NCBI RefSeq assembly: GCF_006345805.1
Contig: NC_043008.1
Coordinates: 5,580,001 to 5,644,000, forward strand
Direction of reading: 5' to 3'
Length of the DNA: 64,000 nucleotides
Source of the DNA: Octopus sinensis
Lineage: Eukaryota
A model generated the notes under the pieces. That model searched no databases. It was given only the letters and a program-made list of their open reading frames with translations, and was not told the DNA's origin. The translations under genes and the position numbers were made by a program. This document shows positions 58,500-64,000 of the stretch, piece after piece (positions within the stretch are counted from its first letter, which is position 1; every line of letters begins with the position of its first letter).

Positions 58500-59930
58500 A
58501 ATTTCACCAGGAATTTGCTCTCTCACCTCTGTACTTTAATGACTTACCACGGCGTCAAACAATACCTACCCTTATCCAGATGACACAACCCCATTTCTTC
58601 CTGACACTATTCAACCATGCATCATCCACTCGCAACCTAGACACCATTTGCCACCCTAATCAATTCAGTGACTAAAGAACTAAAAAGAAGAAAATAAAAA
58701 CAAAAAGAAGAGACCAACCTCCACCCTCGTCTCCTTTCAACCTCACACCACTACCACCAACACCACAAAAGTTCCACGTATCAAGAAAATACTATGGCAC
58801 CACACTCATCTTCGTCAGGAACTGTACACGTCTCGATCTTCCACAACCGCTAGCTCTTACTATCGCCTTATCTATTCTGGCGAAAATTCATCCTTCTTAT
58901 TGCTAGGACAACATCCCGATGGCTGGCGCTTCTCGTAGTTTTTGACACCTACAAAGCTCATGTGCGGCTCACATCTGGGACAAGACGGCTGCCGCGTGCG
59001 CACAATGAAGCACTCCCTGAAACGGACCACTCGACTGATGAACATAAAAATCCCTAGCAGAAACTCGCCAAACTCTGGTCCACTGTTGTGTTGTCTCTGA
59101 TTTTTCTGTTGTTGCTATAATGGCGAGCTGGCAGAAACGTTAGCACGTCGGCCGAAATGCTTAGTGGTATTTCGTCTGCCGTTATGTTCTGAGTTCAAAT
59201 TCCGCCGAGGTCGACTTTGCCTTTCATCCTTTCGGGGTCGATAAATTAAGTACCAGTTACGTACTGGGGTCGATATATATTTCTTTACTACCCACAAGGG
59301 GCTAAACACAGAGGGGACAAACAGGGACAGACAAACGGATTAAGTCGATTACATCGACCCCAGTGCGTAACTGGTGCTTAATTTATCGAGGATGAAAGGC
59401 AAAGTCGACCTCGGCGGAATTTGAACTGGGGTCGATATAATCGACTTAATCCGTTTGTCTGTCCTTGTTTGTCCTCTCTGTGTTTAGCCCCTTGTGGGTA
59501 GTAAAGAAATAGAAATAGGTATTCCGTCTGTCTTTACGTTCTGAGTTCAAATTCCGCCGAGGTCGACCTTGCCTTTCATCCTTTCGGGGTCGATAGATTA
59601 AGTATCAGTTGCGTACTGAGGTCGATGGAATCGATTGCGCCCCCCCCCCCCAAAAAAAATTTCGGGCCTTGTGCCTAGAACAAAAAAGGACGGCTTCCGC
59701 TTAATGGAGTTAGCTGGTCTCAGGTTACCTCTACCCGTTTCTCTCGCTCTCAACACCATCATTGTGTCTTACCCAGGTCTCGCACTAATCGCTATACCCA
59801 GGTCTTCTGGAAATTTCTCGCATCTCATGCCATTCCCGCAGGTAGACTTTTAAAAGTTCAATACGAACATTGACAGTATCACTCGCAAGCTGTGCCGTCC
59901 ACCACAGAACCTAAACAAACGCATCAGATA
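58500..59930 (+). mobile_element. Highly decayed LINE (CR1/L2-like RT and 3' end) interrupted by family B SINEs (59117-59685)
   Basis: Fragmentary peptides LSPLYFNDLP, YPDDTT and YKAHVR. Confidence 0.4.
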
Positions 59931-60764
59931 TATACAGAAGCAGGATGAAAATCTGCCCCACGTTTAACAGAAATATTAATATGACAATTTAAGGAACTGT
60001 GCTTACAGTGGTAATTTCGTGAGTCATCAACACCTGATACCGAAAATGGCTTCTTGCGTAGTTTTCCTTCTTTTTTCGTCAAGAAAAGACATATACACTT
60101 ATACAGGAGTCAAGACTATCGAAAAGGTTGCAAGACGCAACAAAAATTTTAGGACAATAAAAATAAGAAGAAAGTGGAAATTTTACCGGTGAGTGCGTTA
60201 AATTATGAGGCACAAAAAAAAATGACTCTCCTCAGACACAACAGAATATGCTTCAACACACGAACTCATATAAAGAATCTTGCAAACCAAATCCAAAATT
60301 TATTTATCGCAGAAAGATGGTTTTTGTGAGAAATTTCGAAGTTTGAGAAAATCTTGCAACGCTTTACTATCAAGATTTAAGTTAAAAAATTTAATTTACT
60401 GTAAATCAAAGTGGAGATATGTTTGACTAATTGTCAAATATTCGAGGCGATCATACTTCGGTCATAACAGAACAAATTTTCATTATCAAAATTCAAGGTA
60501 GAGAACTCTTGTGTCTGTGCAATGTAAGGGGAATAATTAAGAGAGTACTGCTGCAATATTCGTTTCAAATTTTTGGTCCAAGACCATCAGTTTTGAAATA
60601 GGAGGTAAATTAATTACATTGACCCCAGTGCTTAACTGGTACTTATTTTATCGATCCCGAGAGGATGAAAGGCAATATTAAGAACAAAGAATGTATTGTC
60701 AGCAACCACTCAATTATGAAACAGTGGCGAATATTTATATCTTATATTCGATTACGAAATGTGG

Positions 60765-61030
60765 TATAATAATAATAATAATAATAATTGTGTACAGTGC
60801 TCAGGTGCACTACAACTCATCTAAAGTGTATATATAATCAGGTGTAGTTTCGGCGGATTCGGAAAGCATGAGGGCCTAAAGGATGCAGTGTCATGGCAGT
60901 CAACAACTGACGTAGGCAGTTATTCCATGCTTCAGCAACTCTGAGCATGAAAAAATGTTTCCGAAAGTCATGGGAGCTGTGTTGTTTTCTGACTTTGTAT
61001 CTTTTAATGTTTCCAGGGAAACACATGAAT
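60765..61030 (-). mobile_element. CR1-type LINE 3' end with (TTA)n tail
   Basis: HDFRKHFFMLRVAEAWNNCL followed by an (AAT)n run at 60765-60788. Confidence 0.75.
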
Positions 61031-61188
61031 TCTTTGTCGTATTTTTCTCTGATGTAATTTCGTTCTCTGCTGTTAATCAGCGACTTCGTCTCTAAGCTTA
61101 CAACTCCTCACTGAATCATTAAAACTTAAATGTCTCTGTCCAGACTTCAGGTCGAAATGTTCAAGATATGACAGTTGTTTTCAATTCT

Positions 61189-61420
61189 TATTTCTTTATT
61201 ACCCACAAGGGGCTAAACATAGAGGGGACAAACAAGGACAGACAAACGGATTAAGTCGATTACATCGACCCCAGTTTGTAACTGGTACTTAATTTATCGA
61301 CCCCGAAAGGATGAAAGGCAAAGTTGACCTCGGCGGAATTTGAACTCACAACGTAACGGCAGACGAAATGCCGCTAAGCATTTCGGCCGGCGCGCTAACG
61401 TTTCTGCCAGGTCGCCGCCT
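61189..61420 (-). mobile_element. SINE family B full-length monomer (232 bp)
   Basis: 16-bp TSD AGTTGTTTTCAATTCT at 61173-61188 and 61421-61436. Confidence 0.92.
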
Positions 61421-62197
61421 AGTTGTTTTCAATTCTAGTTTCGCTCACATGGGAATCGCGAGTTTTTCATGCGTGCAGACCACATTTCAGCCAAACAGAT
61501 CCTATTGTTCACGTGATAACTAGAACCCTCTGTCAAAAAAGGCCTTAAGTACAGTGGCTTTTAGAGCGAAAAAGTAGAGGGAATTCGTATTTCGTTGTTT
61601 TCTCTCAAAGCTGCTTTCACCGCTTCAGACTCAAACTAGTGCTATTCTCCGTATAGCTGTTTTCACATCTCTCTACCCATCCCGGAGAGGGACGAAGAAT
61701 CAATAATGCCATACTTAATGGCAGCCATGTGAAGATCTTCGGCCCTTGTAAACCACAATATTCATATAAGATCGACTCTGTATTACTTGAAGCCTTGTAC
61801 ACATATAATGTATCATATATCCAATTCTCTACCCTCTCATACCCGAGTATATCACTGGTACTCGAGAGATCAGGATAAACAAGATTTCATAGTGTAACAC
61901 TGGAAATGGGTTTCAATTTAGACCCCATTTCAAAATCCTACTGAAGACAACTTCGATATTAATCAATAACATTATAGATTACACGAAACAACCCAGTTGT
62001 ATGCCAAATAATGAAAACATTCCAGTAGATTGAGCTTCTATAAAAACAGAAAATATACCTGACACCAGTATATTACTGGTAATTATGGCATGATTTCAAT
62101 GGTTATAACACAATTTGGATGTGTGATAGCTGCATCATAGCACACGGTTTCGTACCATCTCATGAGTGAGTAGTTAATATGTACGTACCCGCTGCCA

Positions 62198-62510
62198 GAG
62201 TGGAGGCACATGGCCTAGTGGTTAGAGCGGCGGACTCGCGGTCGAGGGATCGCAAGTTCGAATCTCAGACCGGGCGATGTGTGTTTATGAGCGAAACACC
62301 TAAGCTTCACGCGGCTCCGGCAGAAGGTAATGGCGAACTTCTATTGACTCTTTCGCCACAACTTTCTCTCACTCTTTCCTCCTGCATCTTGCAGCTCACC
62401 TGCGACGGACCGACGTCCCGTCCAGGTGGGGAACCTATACACACCACGGAAACCGGGAAACCAGCCCTTATGAGCCAGGCATGGCTCGAGAAAGAACAAA
62501 CAACCCGCTG
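62198..62510 (+). mobile_element. tRNA-derived SINE family D, full length
   Basis: tRNA-like head, conserved body and AACAAACAAC tail. Copies at 16025-16262 and 63881-64000. Confidence 0.85.
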
Positions 62511-63175
62511 CCAGGAATGTGTTTAGTATGTAAAATTGAACTATCCAATAATGTTACACCGATATATTTAGTGACTAATTAATGAGTTTGTGGATAATTA
62601 ATGAGTTGGGTGTGGTGTTGATGAAGGAACGAGGACTCCTGAAATATCGTGTATATACTCGTTACCCAATTGTCATCTTTGATTCATTGTTGTTTAGATT
62701 CGACGTACTCGGAAAGGAAACGTCGAAGCAAATCAGAGCTGGATTTAATTTCCATAGAAACTTTGTCGAAATAATCTTAACAAGTGTTTTGATAGCACTG
62801 CTAACACAGGAGAACGGAGTACCGACTTATGAAGCGTATTATATTATGGTTGCATAACAAAGTACGATGTCCGCACAAATTATTAAACCCTTGAGTGATT
62901 TGGCAAAGTTCACTCATATATCGTAATATATCAACGAAGATTGGTCTTAACGTTTGGAAAAAAGCTACCACCAATAAACAACCCGCGTTTATTACATGTA
63001 TTATATGTGTATGTACTTACATGTACATACATACCCACATTCATGTATACCCTGCTGATGCGAATATCTTTTTCTTGTTTTAGTCGTATTTCGGTTTTAT
63101 ATATATATATATCGCCATGATAGATCCTAGTCACTACACATTCTTTATTTTCTCTCCTTGTTCCTTTCTCTGTTC

Positions 63176-63211
63176 CTTTCTGTGGAAGAGCGTTGGCTCG
63201 AAACGTTAAAG
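63176..63211 (+). ncRNA. Variant minimal hammerhead-like motif in a pLTR-like repeat
   Basis: CTTT | CTGTGGA-A | GAGC-GTTG-GCTC | GAAA | CGT-T | AAAG. The stems fit but the core deviates at A6. Confidence 0.4.
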
Positions 63212-63350
63212 ACTTTTTCACTTCGCGACTGTTAAACTAATACATCTGTTTGTTGTCTACACCACCTGTCTTCGTCATTTTTTTGTGAATACTCTCTTTC
63301 TGTCTGTCTGTCTGTCTACCCTTCTGTCTGTCTGTCTGTTTGTCTGTCTC

Positions 63351-63420
<70 letters not shown>

Positions 63421-63435
63421 CATATATGTGTGTGT

Positions 63436-63475
<40 letters not shown>

Positions 63476-63765
63476 CTTTGTGTCAATGTTTGCCCCGCTC
63501 CATCGCTTGACAACCGATGTTGGTGTATTTACGTCCCCGTAACTTGTGGTTCGACAAAAGAAACCGATAAAATAGGTACTAGGCTTACAAAGAATAAGTC
63601 CTGGGTCGATCTGTTCGATTAAAAAACCCTGGAAGGCGGTGCTCCAGCACGGCCGCAGTGAAGGACTGAAACTAGTAAACGAATAAAAGACGAAAGGAAC
63701 ACACACACACACATGCTTGAATGTGTGTGTGTATCTTATATGTATGTATGTATATATATATATGT

Positions 63766-63872
<107 letters not shown>

Positions 63873-64000
63873 GTGTGTGTGTGGCGGCGCAATGACCCAG
63901 TGGTCAGGGTAGCGGACTCGCGGTCGTAGGATCGCGGTTTCGATTCCCAGACCGTGCGTTGTGAGTGTTTATTGAGCGAAAAACACCAAAAGTTTCACAA

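Noticed and set aside
59030-59075. CTGATGA...GAAAC near the decayed LINE
   Set aside because: No stem II pairs between the motifs.
62198-62275. tRNA-like heads of SINE families A, B, D and E as tRNA genes
   Set aside because: They have A/B boxes but no complete cloverleaf and continue into SINE bodies.
62582-62857. 91-aa ORF and a possible terminal exon after the AG at about 62697
   Set aside because: No recognisable domain and no supported upstream exons.

Overview
AT-rich, repeat-dense eukaryotic genomic DNA. The SINE families, (TA)n arrays and gene sequences point to an octopus, which is inferred from recalled repeat families and not from a search. Four housekeeping genes lie on the + strand, and I reconstructed their exons by hand: cytidine deaminase (CDA, first coding exon not found), BUB3 (6 coding exons, 327 aa), HACD3/PTPLAD1 (10 exons, 366 aa) and an intronless CIAO2B/FAM96B. 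A tRNA-Gly(TCC) gene sits antisense in a HACD3 intron. The rest is mostly mobile DNA: a decayed Penelope-like retroelement (RT + GIY-YIG), RTE and CR1-type LINE fragments, at least four SINE families, Merlin/IS1595-like elements and MITEs, mariner/pogo remnants, Helitrons and palindromic MITEs. The most interesting signals are: (1) four minimal type-I hammerhead-ribozyme-like motifs in (TA)n-associated elements, one with an intact CUGAAGA/GAAA core paired to its own 91-nt antisense arm in HACD3 intron 1; (2) a Merlin MITE flanked by a 128-bp direct duplication instead of an 8-9 bp TSD; (3) SINE multimers with one fixed junction that inserted as single TSD-bounded units; (4) a tRNA-Gly gene with no nearby terminator, running into a chimeric SINE. 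All coordinates were counted by eye. Ribozyme activity and novelty are untested.
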